Shown here piece after piece: positions 9,393 to 19,329 of a stretch of 64,000 nt of DNA; the first letter of the stretch is position 1; each line of letters opens with the position of its first letter. The DNA comes from Candidatus Dormiibacterota bacterium. GTDB taxonomy: Bacteria; Chloroflexota; Dormibacteria; Aeolococcales; Aeolococcaceae. The translations under genes and the position numbers were made by a program. The stretch lies in the NCBI GenBank assembly GCA_035995545.1, contig DASYKI010000001.1:902-64901 (forward strand), given 5' to 3'. The notes under the pieces are model-generated. The model searched no databases and was not told the origin of the DNA. It saw only the letters and a program-made list of their open reading frames with translations.

Positions 9393-10398
9393 TGCCGTTG
9401 GTCGCCCGGCCGACGCTGCGCAAGTGGTGGAACACCTCGCGATATGCAACCCACGGCGACGTCTCGCGGTAGCAGATCCCCTGTTCCTCGCAGAAGCGGC
9501 GGACGATCGGGGCTGCCGTCCTGAGATTTCGGCGCGGCATCGTCGGGAACAGGTGATGCTCCACCTGGCAGCTCAGCGAACCGAAGAAGTAGTCGCTGGC
9601 GCGACCGGCGCGGATGTTGCGCGCGGTGACGACCTGGCGGTGCAGGAAGTCGATGTCGTCATCGGGCTCGAGGATGGGCATGCCAACGTGGTTGGGGAGG
9701 AAGGCTCCACCAAGGTAGAGGCCCAGCAACAATTGATGCACGGCGGCGAAGGCCAGTCCGCGCCCCACACCGAGAGTCATCGTCAGGGCGCCGAAGTAGA
9801 GCGTGTAATGCGCGGCGATGAGGCCGGCCTCCGCGCGCGCATTGCGCAGCGTGCGCTCGCGCAGGAACCCCGCGCTGTAGACATGGATCTGCAGCACACT
9901 CAAGGACAGCAGCGGGCCGATCGTAGCCGCCTGGCGGTGGATCATGAAGCGAGTGAAGCCGCGTGCCCTCCGCGCCTCGTCGTCGCACAAGGCGACGAGC
10001 CCGCCCTCGATGTCGGGATCGGTTCCGATGCGGTTCGGTTGCGCGTGGTGTGCGTTGTGCTTGTCCGCCCACCACCCGCGACTGCCACCGAGCACGAGAT
10101 CGAACAGCACCAGGCCGAGGATGTAGTTGGCCCGGCTGGTCTTGAGGATCTGGTTGTGCACCGCGTCGTGGGCGAGAAAGCCGAGCTGGCCGAAGAGCAG
10201 CGCGGCCGGAGCTGCCCAGGCGAGGGCCCACCAGCCTCCGCTGGTGAGAAGAATGCCGGCGAGAATCACACCCAGCAGCAGGACGATACCCGCGGTTGGG
10301 ACGATCTCACTGCTGGGCCTTCGGGTCAGAAGGCCGCGGCCGGCCACCAGCCGCTTGAGCTGGACGTAGGCATCGACCTGGTCATCGGGCACGACCAC
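9370..10398 (-). CDS. membrane fatty-acid desaturase
   Basis: Three histidine boxes, HDAVH, HNAHH and HVEHH, plus transmembrane segments. Confidence 0.9.
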   Translation of the reverse strand: MVVPDDQVDAYVQLKRLVAGRGLLTRRPSSEIVPTAGIVLLLGVILAGILLTSGGWWALAWAAPAALLFGQLGFLAHDAVHNQILKTSRANYILGLVLFDLVLGGSRGWWADKHNAHHAQPNRIGTDPDIEGGLVALCDDEARRARGFTRFMIHRQAATIGPLLSLSVLQIHVYSAGFLRERTLRNARAEAGLIAAHYTLYFGALTMTLGVGRGLAFAAVHQLLLGLYLGGAFLPNHVGMPILEPDDDIDFLHRQVVTARNIRAGRASDYFFGSLSCQVEHHLFPTMPRRNLRTAAPIVRRFCEEQGICYRETSPWVAYREVFHHLRSVGRATNGNVLLCRG

Positions 10399-10590
10399 CC
10401 AGTATTCCCTCCCTCGTGGCTCCGGTCTGTACTGCGGCGGACATCCATGGACTGATGCGTCGTCACGTGCTGGACAGGAATGTCAGCGAAGTCCGATCTC
10501 CGCTCGGCGGCGGATCGGCACTCAGTCCCGGGCTGCCGCTGCTTCGCGCGGGCGCTGCCAAGGGACTGCGTCGCCCGCTAGCCTTGGCGC

Positions 10591-11742
10591 GTGGAGGCGT
10601 CCGCAGCCAGCGTCCTCGAGATCGGCGTGGTCCTGGTGCTCGCCACCGCGGCCGGATGGCTGGCGCGTCGGGTTGGTCTGCCTGCGGTGCTCGGCTATCT
10701 CGCCGTCGGCCTGGTGGTGTCGCCGTTCACCCCGGGCTACTCGATCCACCGCGACCAGCTCCAGGTGCTCGCCGACCTCGGCGTGGTGCTGCTGCTCTTC
10801 GAAGTGGGCATCGAGATCAACCCGCTGCGGCTGCGCCACCAGCATGGGCCACTGCTCTGGGCGGTGCCGCTGCAGACCGTGGTCACCATGGCGGCGGCCA
10901 CCGGCGTCGGGCTTGGCATGCACCTCGGTCTGCGCGGCGCTCTGATCCTCGGACTCGCCGTGGCGCTCTCGTCGAGCGTGGTGGTGGTCAACATCACTCG
11001 CAGCCGGCGCCGCACCACCAACCCTTCCACCGAAGCGGCCCTGCTGGGATGGAGCGTTTTGCAGGACGTGGGCGGCGTCGCCATCGCGATGGGTCTGCTC
11101 GCCGCGATCGAGGATCACCCCCGACCCATCCCTCTGATCGTGGGCGGTGTGCTCGGCTACGTCGCGGTGGCGCTTGGGGCCGCACAGCTTCTGCCACGGG
11201 TGCTCCGCGTCTTGCGCGCCGAGGCCGACCTGTTCCTGATGCTGTCCGTCGCCAGCGGGCTCGCGCTCGCCGGCCTCGGCGCGGTGGTGTTCGGCGTGCC
11301 CTTGGCACTCGCCGCGTTCGTCGCCGGCCTCGGGCTCAGCGAAGGACCGGACGCCGCCGAGGCTCGCCGCCGCCTCCTTCCCTTCCGCGACCTCTTCGCC
11401 GTCATGTTCTTCGTCGCCATCGGCACTCTCGTCGATCCCCGCGCGGTCCCTGACGCGTTGGCCTGGACGGCGGTGGTCGTCGGCCTCGTCGTGGTCGCCA
11501 AGGTGGGCGTCATCTACGGTCTCGCAAGTGTCCTCGACCGCCCCAGCGTCCACCCCTGGCAGCTCGCCTCCGGGCTTGGCCAGATCGGCGAATTCAGCTT
11601 CGTGCTGGCGTCCGTCGGCGTTGCGCGCGGTGTCGTACCAAGCACCCTCTACACCGCGATGCTCCTCTCTGTCGTGGTGACCATCGCGGCATCGACGATC
11701 CTCGTACGTCTTCGCCCGCAGGCCGCTGCTGCTAACTGGTAA
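10591..11742 (+). CDS. cation:proton antiporter (CPA2 / Kef-type Na+/H+ exchanger)
   Basis: A polytopic protein with typical Na_H_Exchanger-family sequence (LGYLAVGLVVSPFTPGY, GLSEGPD). Confidence 0.85.
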   Translation: MEASAASVLEIGVVLVLATAAGWLARRVGLPAVLGYLAVGLVVSPFTPGYSIHRDQLQVLADLGVVLLLFEVGIEINPLRLRHQHGPLLWAVPLQTVVTMAAATGVGLGMHLGLRGALILGLAVALSSSVVVVNITRSRRRTTNPSTEAALLGWSVLQDVGGVAIAMGLLAAIEDHPRPIPLIVGGVLGYVAVALGAAQLLPRVLRVLRAEADLFLMLSVASGLALAGLGAVVFGVPLALAAFVAGLGLSEGPDAAEARRRLLPFRDLFAVMFFVAIGTLVDPRAVPDALAWTAVVVGLVVVAKVGVIYGLASVLDRPSVHPWQLASGLGQIGEFSFVLASVGVARGVVPSTLYTAMLLSVVVTIAASTILVRLRPQAAAANW

Positions 11743-11863
11743 GCGCCCTCCGCGCAGCGCGCTGCATGCTCATCACACGGAACCGAATGGCCCTAATCAT
11801 CCGCTCCCAGGACGATGGCATGATTCGCGCTGTGTGCCCGCCACGGATGCTGTCGAGGTCCTC

Positions 11864-12757
11864 ATGACACGGACGCAAGTGCCTCCGGTACTCGTCACCG
11901 GAGCGACGGGCCGCGTTGGGCGCGCCGTCGTCGACCTACTGATGGACGCGGGCGTGCCTGTTCGCGCCCTCACGCGTCGCTCCGATGCGACTGCGATGCT
12001 GCCAGCAAACGTCGACGTCGTCACCGGCGACCTCACCGTGCCCGAGTCGCTCGACGGGGCACTGCGAGATGTCACTACGGTCTTCCTTGTCTGGACCGCC
12101 CCGCCGGCGACTGCTCCGGCAGTTGTCGAGCGTCTGGCAACCTCCGCGCGGCGTGTCGTCTTCCTCTCATCACCGCATCAGACCCCGCACCCCTTCTTCC
12201 AGCAACCGAATCCAATGGCGGTGCTCCACGCCGACATCGAGCGGCTCATCACGGCCGCCGGGCTCGAGTCGACGATCATCCGGCCGGGGATGTTCGCGTC
12301 GAACGCGGTTGCCTGGTGGGCGACCGCGATTCGCGCCGGCGGTGTCGTCCGGTGGCCGTACGGCGCCGCCGAGACGGCTCCCGTCGATGACCGCGACGTG
12401 GCCGCGGTCGCGGCACGGACCCTGTATCAGGACGGACATGCAGGAGGCGACTACGTCCTCACCGGCCCCGAGTCACTGAGTCAGGCAGAGCAGGTGAGCA
12501 TCATCGCTGACGTCTGGGGGCGGCGGGTCACATTCGAGGAGCTGTCGCCGGAGGAGTTTCGACGCGAGACGGAGGGGAGCTGGCCGCCCGCGATCGTGGA
12601 CATGCTGCTCGCCGCATGGGGCGCAACGATTGGAAGGCCGGCGTACATCACCTCGACGGTGTTCGACATCCTCGGATCAGCGCCGCGATCCTTTCGCCAG
12701 TGGGTCGTCGATCACCCCACCGCGTCGACGGAAGGTGCGGCCAGTGACGAAGCCTGA
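11864..12757 (+). CDS. NmrA-like / atypical SDR NAD(P)H-binding protein
   Basis: VLVTGATGRVGRAVVDLL is a Rossmann motif, with an NmrA-like body. The start is taken as MTRTQVPP. Confidence 0.8.
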   Translation: MTRTQVPPVLVTGATGRVGRAVVDLLMDAGVPVRALTRRSDATAMLPANVDVVTGDLTVPESLDGALRDVTTVFLVWTAPPATAPAVVERLATSARRVVFLSSPHQTPHPFFQQPNPMAVLHADIERLITAAGLESTIIRPGMFASNAVAWWATAIRAGGVVRWPYGAAETAPVDDRDVAAVAARTLYQDGHAGGDYVLTGPESLSQAEQVSIIADVWGRRVTFEELSPEEFRRETEGSWPPAIVDMLLAAWGATIGRPAYITSTVFDILGSAPRSFRQWVVDHPTASTEGAASDEA

Positions 12758-12897
12758 GACCCGCTGAGGGTTCGTCGCCCGAGGACGAGCGCCGGAAGGT
12801 CATGGATGCCTACTACGAGAGCCGGCCCCCGTTCGACCTTCTCCTCCGCCGCCCACGTTCATTGGCCTGCCTGTGCCCCAGCTCGAATACCGAGGTT

Positions 12898-12931
12898 TGG
12901 CTGAGCTGAGGCGATGCTATTCGAACTTCAC
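12898..12931. repeat. possible degenerate direct repeat of the tRNA-Gln 3' end (island far-end attachment-site remnant)
   Basis: tggctgagctgaggcgatgctattcgaacttc resembles tggctggggagagaggattcgaacctc at the tRNA 3' end (24257..24283): a tggctg 6-mer and an attcgaac 8-mer are shared, with indels between them. It lies in a locally AT-richer intergenic patch. Confidence 0.25.
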
Positions 12932-13006
12932 GGAAATTCGGCTGAGGCTCGCCAAGCTCAACGCGGTCCTCAGAAGCGGAGACCGTGGCAGCCAGGACAC
13001 GCGAGC

Positions 13007-13396
13007 TTAGACGCGGTGGACACGTACCTGACGGTGCTCCTGCAGCAACTCAGACATATCCTTCGGGTCGGTCGTGAGGACGACGGCCGGCACCCGGGCA
13101 ATCGCTTCTGCAGCGATGAGGGCATCTATCGTCACGCCGCGTCGGGTGGACTTGCCAAGAAGGCGGCCGGCCTGCCGCGCGGTCTCTTCGGTGACGGGCG
13201 TCACCTCGTTGACCGCCTTGATGACTTGATTCACCGGTGCGTCCTGCCCTCCGCCGCGCCTTGTCTCAGCGATGACGACTGCCGGAATCACGACGAGGTC
13301 ACTCTGGCTCAGCGCTCGCTCAAGGTAGGCCCGGGCACTGGGATCGCGGCGCGCCAAGGCCACCACGGCGCCACTATCCAGGATCAATCGGGCCAA
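13007..13396 (-). CDS. vapC: PIN-domain toxin VapC
   Basis: ILDSGAVVAL...VIAETRRG...IDALIAAEA carries the PIN acidic residues. It overlaps the upstream antitoxin by 13 nt. Confidence 0.8.
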   Translation of the reverse strand: MARLILDSGAVVALARRDPSARAYLERALSQSDLVVIPAVVIAETRRGGGQDAPVNQVIKAVNEVTPVTEETARQAGRLLGKSTRRGVTIDALIAAEAIARVPAVVLTTDPKDMSELLQEHRQVRVHRV

Positions 13397-13605
13397 TCGG
13401 CAGCCTGGACGCGGCGCTGGATCGCAGGAGGAACAGGGCCGGCCTCAGCGCTCATGTCATCGAGCAGCCGCCGAAGCCTCACCGCCTGCAGTTGCTGCCG
13501 GACGGCGCTGTTCACGAAGGACGAGAGTCCTCGGGAGCCGGCGACCTGGCGGAGCTCTTCGGCCACCTCCGGCTCGAGGGTGACAGAGACCTTCACGTGG
13601 GACAT
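13384..13605 (-). CDS. vapB: ribbon-helix-helix (CopG/VapB-type) antitoxin
   Basis: MSHVKVSVTLEPEVAEELRQVAGSRGLSSFVNSAVRQQLQ has the RHH pattern. Confidence 0.7.
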   Translation of the reverse strand: MSHVKVSVTLEPEVAEELRQVAGSRGLSSFVNSAVRQQLQAVRLRRLLDDMSAEAGPVPPAIQRRVQAADWPD

Positions 13606-13742
13606 GCAAGAATCCTACCGGTGGTGGGATTGACTGTCAAGCAGCGAAGAACGCGGCGCCAGGAGGGGCGCGCAGAGGGAGGAGAGAGCAGCTACCATCC
13701 TGACCCCTGTAAGGGGCGACGCGAGTGGGTCCATTCCGTAGC

Positions 13743-13766
13743 GACCGACACTGTCGGTGGTCGGTC
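13743..13766. promoter_or_regulatory. composite palindrome gaccgacaCtgtcggtGgtcggtc (candidate VapB operator)
   Basis: A perfect 7-1-7 palindrome accgacaCtgtcggt plus a third half-site. It lies about 140 nt upstream of the vapB start. Confidence 0.3.
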
Positions 13767-13877
13767 ACCTCTATCGTCCGCCCGGCGAGGACCGGCGCAA
13801 CACAGCGCTTGGGTCCGCGGCGGTATGCCCATTTCTCCGCTGCGACCAACTCATTTGCCGTCAGAACGCATACGGAC

Positions 13878-16800
13878 TCAGGTGTCATGCACCTTGCCGA
13901 GGACTTCTACCAGCTCGGCGATGACCTGAACGTCGGCTGCAGATGAGTCCGTGAGGACGATCGGCGCGAATTCGGGGTTGGCCGGTCTCAACGTGATCCG
14001 CTCGTGCCGCCACGAGTCGCCCTTCGCTGCCTTGTCGCTGTCGTAGCGCTTGACGGTGTAGCGCTGGCCGGTCTCGGGGTCAGCGGTGTCGCGCAACTGC
14101 ACGAGGACGGTCTTGCCTTGGCGCGAACCTTCGACGGGCGCGCGGAACAGGCAATACGCGCCATCTGGGATGACGGGCTCCATGGACTGGCCGATGACCT
14201 GGGTGACGAACATGCCAGGACGGAGGCGGTGACGCAGCGGGACCTCGACCCATTCGTAGCCGTCGTCCTCGATGTGCTGCGGATCGCCGAAGGCACCAGC
14301 CGCAGCCTTGAGCGGGACGAGCGGCACGCAGCTCGCATAACGATCTTCCGGACGGCAATCGACAACTCGCAATCCCGGCGGCATGGGGTACTCGGTGGCC
14401 GGCGACTCCGTTCCCGGTGGGGCGTCTCTGAGCCGTTGGTATGCCTCAGACGCCATCCATCCGCTCACGACCTCGCGGAAGGATGCGTCGTTCATGTATC
14501 GGACGAACAGCTCCTCATTCTGGTCCATGCGTTCGACGAAGAGTCGCTGCAGTAGGTTCTTGAACACCAGCTCGAACTTGTCTTCGGGGTTGACGGCGGC
14601 AGCTTGGCGCAGTCCATCGTCGATGACGGCGGCCTCGACGATCTGGTCGAAGAAGAGCTGGTCCGCCTGATTGAAGTCCGTGCCGAAGCGGTCGTTGACC
14701 AGATCAATGAGCTGCGACAGAGGAACGGCCTCCACGCGCCCCACTCCAGACCCGACTTCCTTGGGTCCGTCCAGCGCAGCTGCTGTGCCGTCCTGAAGCG
14801 AGATCGAGCCCTCGCTGATCTTCTGCAGGCGATAGTACTCCAGCCTCACTTCGTCGTCGAACTGATACGCAAGGCCTCCTCGCCGCCGCGGCAGCTTCGT
14901 CGTCAGATGACGCAGGAACACATAGAGCCGTTCGAGGTCCGAGTCCTGATACGGGATAATCTGACTCAGAAAAGCGTACAGGTTGCGGAACGCTTGCACT
15001 TTGGCCCGCCACGGCTCGGCCTCCTCCCGTTCGCGCTGAAGCAGAGCAAATCGCGATACTGCTGGATCCAGCGCAGCATTCATCGCCTGATGGTCCTGCG
15101 CGCTCTGGCGCTGCCTCGGCTTGAAGTACACCGCGCAGAACTGTTCGACCTCTTCGTCAAGGTAGATGCCTGAGGCGTCCAACTCACCCTTGATCGCGTA
15201 CATACGCGCGGGGTCGACCCCCTCTCCCATCTCCGCGCCTTCGTAGTAGACTTTGAAGGCCTCACGGATCTCGTCTCGGTCGTTCACGAAGTCGAGCACG
15301 AACGTATCTTCCTTGAGCGGGTGCGTGCGGTTCAGCCGCGACAGCGTCTGCACTGCCTGGATACCCGCGAGGCGCTTGTTCACGTACATCGTGTGCAGTA
15401 ACGGCTGGTCGAAGCCGGTCTGATATTTCTCGGCAACCAGGAGGACCTGAAACTCCTGCGTCGCGTACTTCTCCGGAAGCTCCTTCTCGCGTATGCCGAG
15501 GTTCATCCTCTCTTCGGTGTACTCCACGTCCGGGAGTCTGTCGTCCAGAACCGTCCCCGAGAAGGCGACAAGCGTCTTGATCGCGTAGCCCTTCCTCTTG
15601 ATGTACAAGTCAAAGCTCTGCTTGAAGCGCACCGCCTCCAGCCGCGAGCCCGTCACCACCATGGCCTTGGCGCGACCGCCGATCTTGTGGCGCGTGACCG
15701 ATTGGAAGTGCTCGACCATCACCTCGGTCTTCTGCGCAATGTTGTGTGGATGCAGGCGCAGGAAGCGCGCGAGTCCGCGCGCCGCTTCTTTCCGCTCGAC
15801 GTTGGGGTCGTCCTCGCACGCCTTGAGCAGCCTGTAGTAGGTGACATATGTCGAATAGTTCTTCAGCACGTCGAGGATGAACCCTTCCTCGATCGCCTGG
15901 CGCATGGTGTAGCGATGGATCGGCTCGCCCGCACGCCCGAATACGGCGAAGGTCTTGTGCTTCGGCGTCGCGGTGAAGGCGAAGAAGCTCAGATTCGCCT
16001 GTCGTCCGCGCTTGGCCATGCTGCGGAACAGCGCTTGGAGATCTTCGCGCCCCTCTTCGGCGGCGCGCTGGCGCGCTTCTTCCTGCATGCCCTCGCCGCC
16101 GAGGACCTCCTTGAGATCGGTCGCGGTCTCCCCGCCCTGCGAGCTGTGCGCTTCGTCGATGATCACCGCACAGCGTCTCGTCGGCAGCCTGCCAGTCCCC
16201 TGTTCGCCGCGTTCCTCGGCCAGCTTCAGCAACTGGCGCGACACGAAGGGGAACTTCTGGAGTGTCGTGATGATGATGGGAACGGCGCTCTCCAGCGCTT
16301 CTGCGAGCTGCCGGGATCGTTCGTCGATCTGCTGCACCACGCCACGCTTGTGCTCGAATTGGTAGATCGTGTCCTGGAGCTGCTGGTCGAGCACAACGCG
16401 GTCGGTCACCACGATCACGCTGTCGAAGACGCGCTGGTTGCCGGCATCATGCACCGAGGCCAAGCGGTGCGCCAGCCAGCCTATGGTGTTGCTCTTGCCG
16501 CTGCCCGCCGAGTGCTCGACGAGATAGTTGTGCCCGATGCCCTCGGCGCGCGCCGCGCCTACCAGCCGGCGCACGGCGTCAAGCTGGTGGTAGCGCGGGA
16601 AGATCATCGATTCGACCTTCACCTTGCGGCCCTGGTCGTCACGTTTCTCGTCGACTTGCAGGTGCAGGAAGCGCGCGAGGATGTCGAGCAGGCTGTCACG
16701 CTGCAGGGCCTCTTCCCAGAGGTACGCTGTCCGGTAGGCGCGCCCGGCGGGATCGGGCGGGTTACCGGCGCCGCCTCCGCATCCCTTGTCGAAGGGCAGG

Positions 16801-17432
16801 AAGTGCGTTGCGTTCCCGGCCAGCCGAGTGGTCATACGCACCGCCTCGGTGTCCGCGGCAAAGTGCACCAGGGTCCGCCGCTTGAACTCGAAGATCGGTT
16901 CGCGTGGATCACGGTCATGCCGGTACTGCCACAATGCGTCATCCACGGTCTGCCCACTGAGGGGATTCTTCAGCTCCACCGTGGCGATGGGGACGCCGTT
17001 CAGACTCAGCGTCACATCGATGGACTTCTCGGAGCGCGGCGAGAAGTGGAGCTGGCGGGTGAGTCCCAGCCGGTTGGCGGCGTAGCGTGCTTCGAGTTCT
17101 GGATTCAGCTCGTGAGCGGCTTTGAAGTACGCCACACGAAGCGGCCGGCCGTAGCACTTGAAGCCATGGCGTAACGTGGCTAGCGATCCGTGCACGTCCA
17201 TCCACTTGCACAGGTCGCCGATGACCTGCTCGCCTGTCTGGGCGCCGTGGAGCAACTCCAGCTTCGCCCACTGCTCCGGCTGGGTCTCGCGGATGAAGTC
17301 GAGGACGGCCTCCGGAAAGATCGCGCGCTCACGGTCGAAGCCGTCGCGGTTCAGCGTGACGTAGCCGTGCGCGAGCAGAGAGGTCTCGATGACGGTTTCG
17401 AAAGCGCTTTCCCAATGCCGGCTATCGCTCAC
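13878..17432 (-). CDS. hsdR: Type I restriction endonuclease R subunit (HsdR) with C-terminal LexA-like S24 peptidase domain
   Basis: An N-terminal PD-(D/E)xK nuclease ([21 protein letters not shown]) is followed by helicase motifs (GSGKSNT, DEAHSS, TATPKH). The C-terminal roughly 160 aa, [16 protein letters not shown]...[22 protein letters not shown]...GKTVLVQL...RYTVKRY...[15 protein letters not shown], is an S24/LexA-CTD fold. The start is taken as the GTG at 17432, giving a GTGA overlap with the ptuB stop; an alternative ATG lies at 17465. Confidence 0.85.
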   Translation of the reverse strand: MSDSRHWESAFETVIETSLLAHGYVTLNRDGFDRERAIFPEAVLDFIRETQPEQWAKLELLHGAQTGEQVIGDLCKWMDVHGSLATLRHGFKCYGRPLRVAYFKAAHELNPELEARYAANRLGLTRQLHFSPRSEKSIDVTLSLNGVPIATVELKNPLSGQTVDDALWQYRHDRDPREPIFEFKRRTLVHFAADTEAVRMTTRLAGNATHFLPFDKGCGGGAGNPPDPAGRAYRTAYLWEEALQRDSLLDILARFLHLQVDEKRDDQGRKVKVESMIFPRYHQLDAVRRLVGAARAEGIGHNYLVEHSAGSGKSNTIGWLAHRLASVHDAGNQRVFDSVIVVTDRVVLDQQLQDTIYQFEHKRGVVQQIDERSRQLAEALESAVPIIITTLQKFPFVSRQLLKLAEERGEQGTGRLPTRRCAVIIDEAHSSQGGETATDLKEVLGGEGMQEEARQRAAEEGREDLQALFRSMAKRGRQANLSFFAFTATPKHKTFAVFGRAGEPIHRYTMRQAIEEGFILDVLKNYSTYVTYYRLLKACEDDPNVERKEAARGLARFLRLHPHNIAQKTEVMVEHFQSVTRHKIGGRAKAMVVTGSRLEAVRFKQSFDLYIKRKGYAIKTLVAFSGTVLDDRLPDVEYTEERMNLGIREKELPEKYATQEFQVLLVAEKYQTGFDQPLLHTMYVNKRLAGIQAVQTLSRLNRTHPLKEDTFVLDFVNDRDEIREAFKVYYEGAEMGEGVDPARMYAIKGELDASGIYLDEEVEQFCAVYFKPRQRQSAQDHQAMNAALDPAVSRFALLQREREEAEPWRAKVQAFRNLYAFLSQIIPYQDSDLERLYVFLRHLTTKLPRRRGGLAYQFDDEVRLEYYRLQKISEGSISLQDGTAAALDGPKEVGSGVGRVEAVPLSQLIDLVNDRFGTDFNQADQLFFDQIVEAAVIDDGLRQAAAVNPEDKFELVFKNLLQRLFVERMDQNEELFVRYMNDASFREVVSGWMASEAYQRLRDAPPGTESPATEYPMPPGLRVVDCRPEDRYASCVPLVPLKAAAGAFGDPQHIEDDGYEWVEVPLRHRLRPGMFVTQVIGQSMEPVIPDGAYCLFRAPVEGSRQGKTVLVQLRDTADPETGQRYTVKRYDSDKAAKGDSWRHERITLRPANPEFAPIVLTDSSAADVQVIAELVEVLGKVHDT

Positions 17433-18079
17433 GGGGCCATCCTCGCCAATCGCCTTTCCAACCACCAGACCGCAACCTGGCAGAACGGTTCAAGGCTGCC
17501 AACCCCATCGCTGCGCCGAGTACGCTCGCGCTCGAAGGTGCTCCGCGGGACCGCGTCACCGATCCTGTCCTTCTCGCGACGCCACCAAGCAAGAACAGCG
17601 TCCATGACACCCTTCCGATTGTTCTTGAGGATCGGAAGGTTGAGATTCAGAACGTCGCAAAGCTCGGCGTCGAACGCCGCATCGTCGGAGCGGATGCTCC
17701 CGTCCGCCTCATAGCGCAGTCGGGTTTCGATGTGGTGGGCTGGATCCGCCGGGTTCCAGAGGAGATCGGCATCCGCCTTGCGCGTGTCGCAGTGCTGGAG
17801 GCGCGACGGCTTTCCGTCGCCGCCCAGGCACGCACCGAGAAGATTGCGATATTCAAGCTGCTCAGCAGGGTATCGACCCTGACAGCGCCAATGCTCGATC
17901 TTCATCGTCGCCGGCCCATCGCTGATCCGCCCCGTGCAGTAGCAGCAGAGTCCCCGCTGCTCGGTCACCAGCGCGTGGCGCAGCGCGTCCTTGTCGGGGT
18001 AGTTGGCGTAGTCGCAGTGAGGCCTCTGCCGATGCGCTGTGAGGGTCGCGGGCGCGGCGCCCTTGGTGATTGCTCTCAT
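17429..18079 (-). CDS. ptuB: Septu PtuB-like HNH endonuclease (TIGR02646-like)
   Basis: The protein starts MRAITKG. The HNH motif reads [40 protein letters not shown]. There is an ATGA overlap with the upstream ATPase. The N-terminal extension of ORF 17429..18634 was rejected. Confidence 0.7.
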   Translation of the reverse strand: MRAITKGAAPATLTAHRQRPHCDYANYPDKDALRHALVTEQRGLCCYCTGRISDGPATMKIEHWRCQGRYPAEQLEYRNLLGACLGGDGKPSRLQHCDTRKADADLLWNPADPAHHIETRLRYEADGSIRSDDAAFDAELCDVLNLNLPILKNNRKGVMDAVLAWWRREKDRIGDAVPRSTFERERTRRSDGVGSLEPFCQVAVWWLERRLARMAP

Positions 18080-19329
18080 TCCTTCCCCTCCACGAAATCG
18101 AGGAGGGTACGAACCCGAGTGACCTCGGGATCGTCGTCTCCGAGCCGCTCGACGAGCTGTGTCAGAAGCGCGTGGCCGCGGGTGAACTCCTGTTGGCCGA
18201 TGCTCTTCGCAAGCTGCAACAGTAGATCCTGCACGTCTGTGGCGCGCGGGTCCGTGTCCATCACCTCTTCGAGCACCCGGCTCGAATCGACGCCGTAGGA
18301 ATGGGTCGGCGAGTATACCTCGCCGTTCGCAATGATCTGGATTCGATCGTGCTCGACCTGGCCGATGACCTGCGGCGAATGCGTCGTGGCGATGAACTGG
18401 CACCGCGGAAAGGCCGCCCGCAGGTTGCCGACGATCTGCCGCTGCCAGCTGGGGTGCAGGTGCAGGTCGATTTCGTCGATGAGCACCACCGCGCCGGCCT
18501 CGGCCGCTGGGTCCGCAAGAGCGGGATTGGCCTGGGCGAGCCGCCGGGTCAGGTCCAGCACCAGCGCCAGGGTCCCGCGCTCTCCGTCGGAGAGCTGCCG
18601 GACCGGAATCCCCGTGCCACCCCGGCTGATCCATAGTTGCCGGCCATCCTCGCCGCCCAGCCGTAAGCTGCTGTAGCCCGGCAGAAAGCGTGCAACCGCA
18701 TCCTCGAAGGCAGTCAACACGCGCAGGCCCTGCGGACGTTCCTTGCCGAGCACATGTTGCACGCGCATCCAGGCAGCGAATTCACCGAGGCGCAGCTCCC
18801 GATCGGCGAAGGCGTCGCCGAAGGCCGCCGCGACCTCTCCCGCCGCAACTCCCTTGGCCGGCGCCCGCTCCGACGGCATGGCACGGTTGGTCGAAAACAG
18901 CATGGCCAGCGGGCGGCCGCCAAGTTCCGTCCCGGATACGGGCGACGGCGGGTCGCCGAGGAACTCCGCCCTCTGCGGCGTGCTGTGGACCTGCTCGCGG
19001 GGCAGTCCCGCTTTGCTCTGCTGAGGCGAGCTGGTTTCAAGCGGCTTGTGCATGAGATAGGTGTGGTCGCCCTCTCCGATCCGGAGATCACATTCAAGTG
19101 TCAGCGCCTCGGCGCCAACGCGGATGTCGTCGCGAGTGAATGTCTCGAGCCGGCCGTGGAGCTTGTTCGTTTGGTTCGTCACTGCCGAGAGGCACACCCC
19201 GAGCGCGTCAAGCACGCTCGTCTTGCCAACTCCATTGATACCGACGATGAGGTTGAAACCCGGCTGGAAGCGGAACTCTGCGGTATCGATTGCGCGCAGG
19301 TTGGCGAGCCTGAGACGCGTGACCATCAT
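18076..19329 (-). CDS. ptuA: Septu PtuA-like ABC/SMC-type AAA15 ATPase
   Basis: Walker A GINGVGKTS, Walker B/D-loop VVLIDEIDLHLHP, H-loop IATTHSP and the signature LSDGERGTLALVLDL. There is an ATGA overlap with hsdS. Confidence 0.7.
   Translation of the reverse strand: MMVTRLRLANLRAIDTAEFRFQPGFNLIVGINGVGKTSVLDALGVCLSAVTNQTNKLHGRLETFTRDDIRVGAEALTLECDLRIGEGDHTYLMHKPLETSSPQQSKAGLPREQVHSTPQRAEFLGDPPSPVSGTELGGRPLAMLFSTNRAMPSERAPAKGVAAGEVAAAFGDAFADRELRLGEFAAWMRVQHVLGKERPQGLRVLTAFEDAVARFLPGYSSLRLGGEDGRQLWISRGGTGIPVRQLSDGERGTLALVLDLTRRLAQANPALADPAAEAGAVVLIDEIDLHLHPSWQRQIVGNLRAAFPRCQFIATTHSPQVIGQVEHDRIQIIANGEVYSPTHSYGVDSSRVLEEVMDTDPRATDVQDLLLQLAKSIGQQEFTRGHALLTQLVERLGDDDPEVTRVRTLLDFVEGKE

Noticed and set aside
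12914-13633. A 239-aa + strand ORF spanning the vapBC locus.
   Set aside because: It is antisense to the well-supported vapC/vapB genes. It has no family similarity and a junk-like composition.
18080-18634. An N-terminal extension of the HNH (ptuB-like) ORF up to 18634.
   Set aside because: It is Arg/Pro/Gly-rich junk lying entirely inside the ptuA coding region in another frame. The real start, MRAITKG, forms an ATGA overlap with the ptuA stop.
17429-19329. Possibility that the ATPase+HNH pair is a type I-A retron (Ec78-like), not Septu.
   Set aside because: No reverse-transcriptase ORF and no obvious structured ncRNA spacer is present. The ATPase is flanked directly by hsdS and the HNH gene with 4-nt overlaps, leaving no room for an msr/msd locus.
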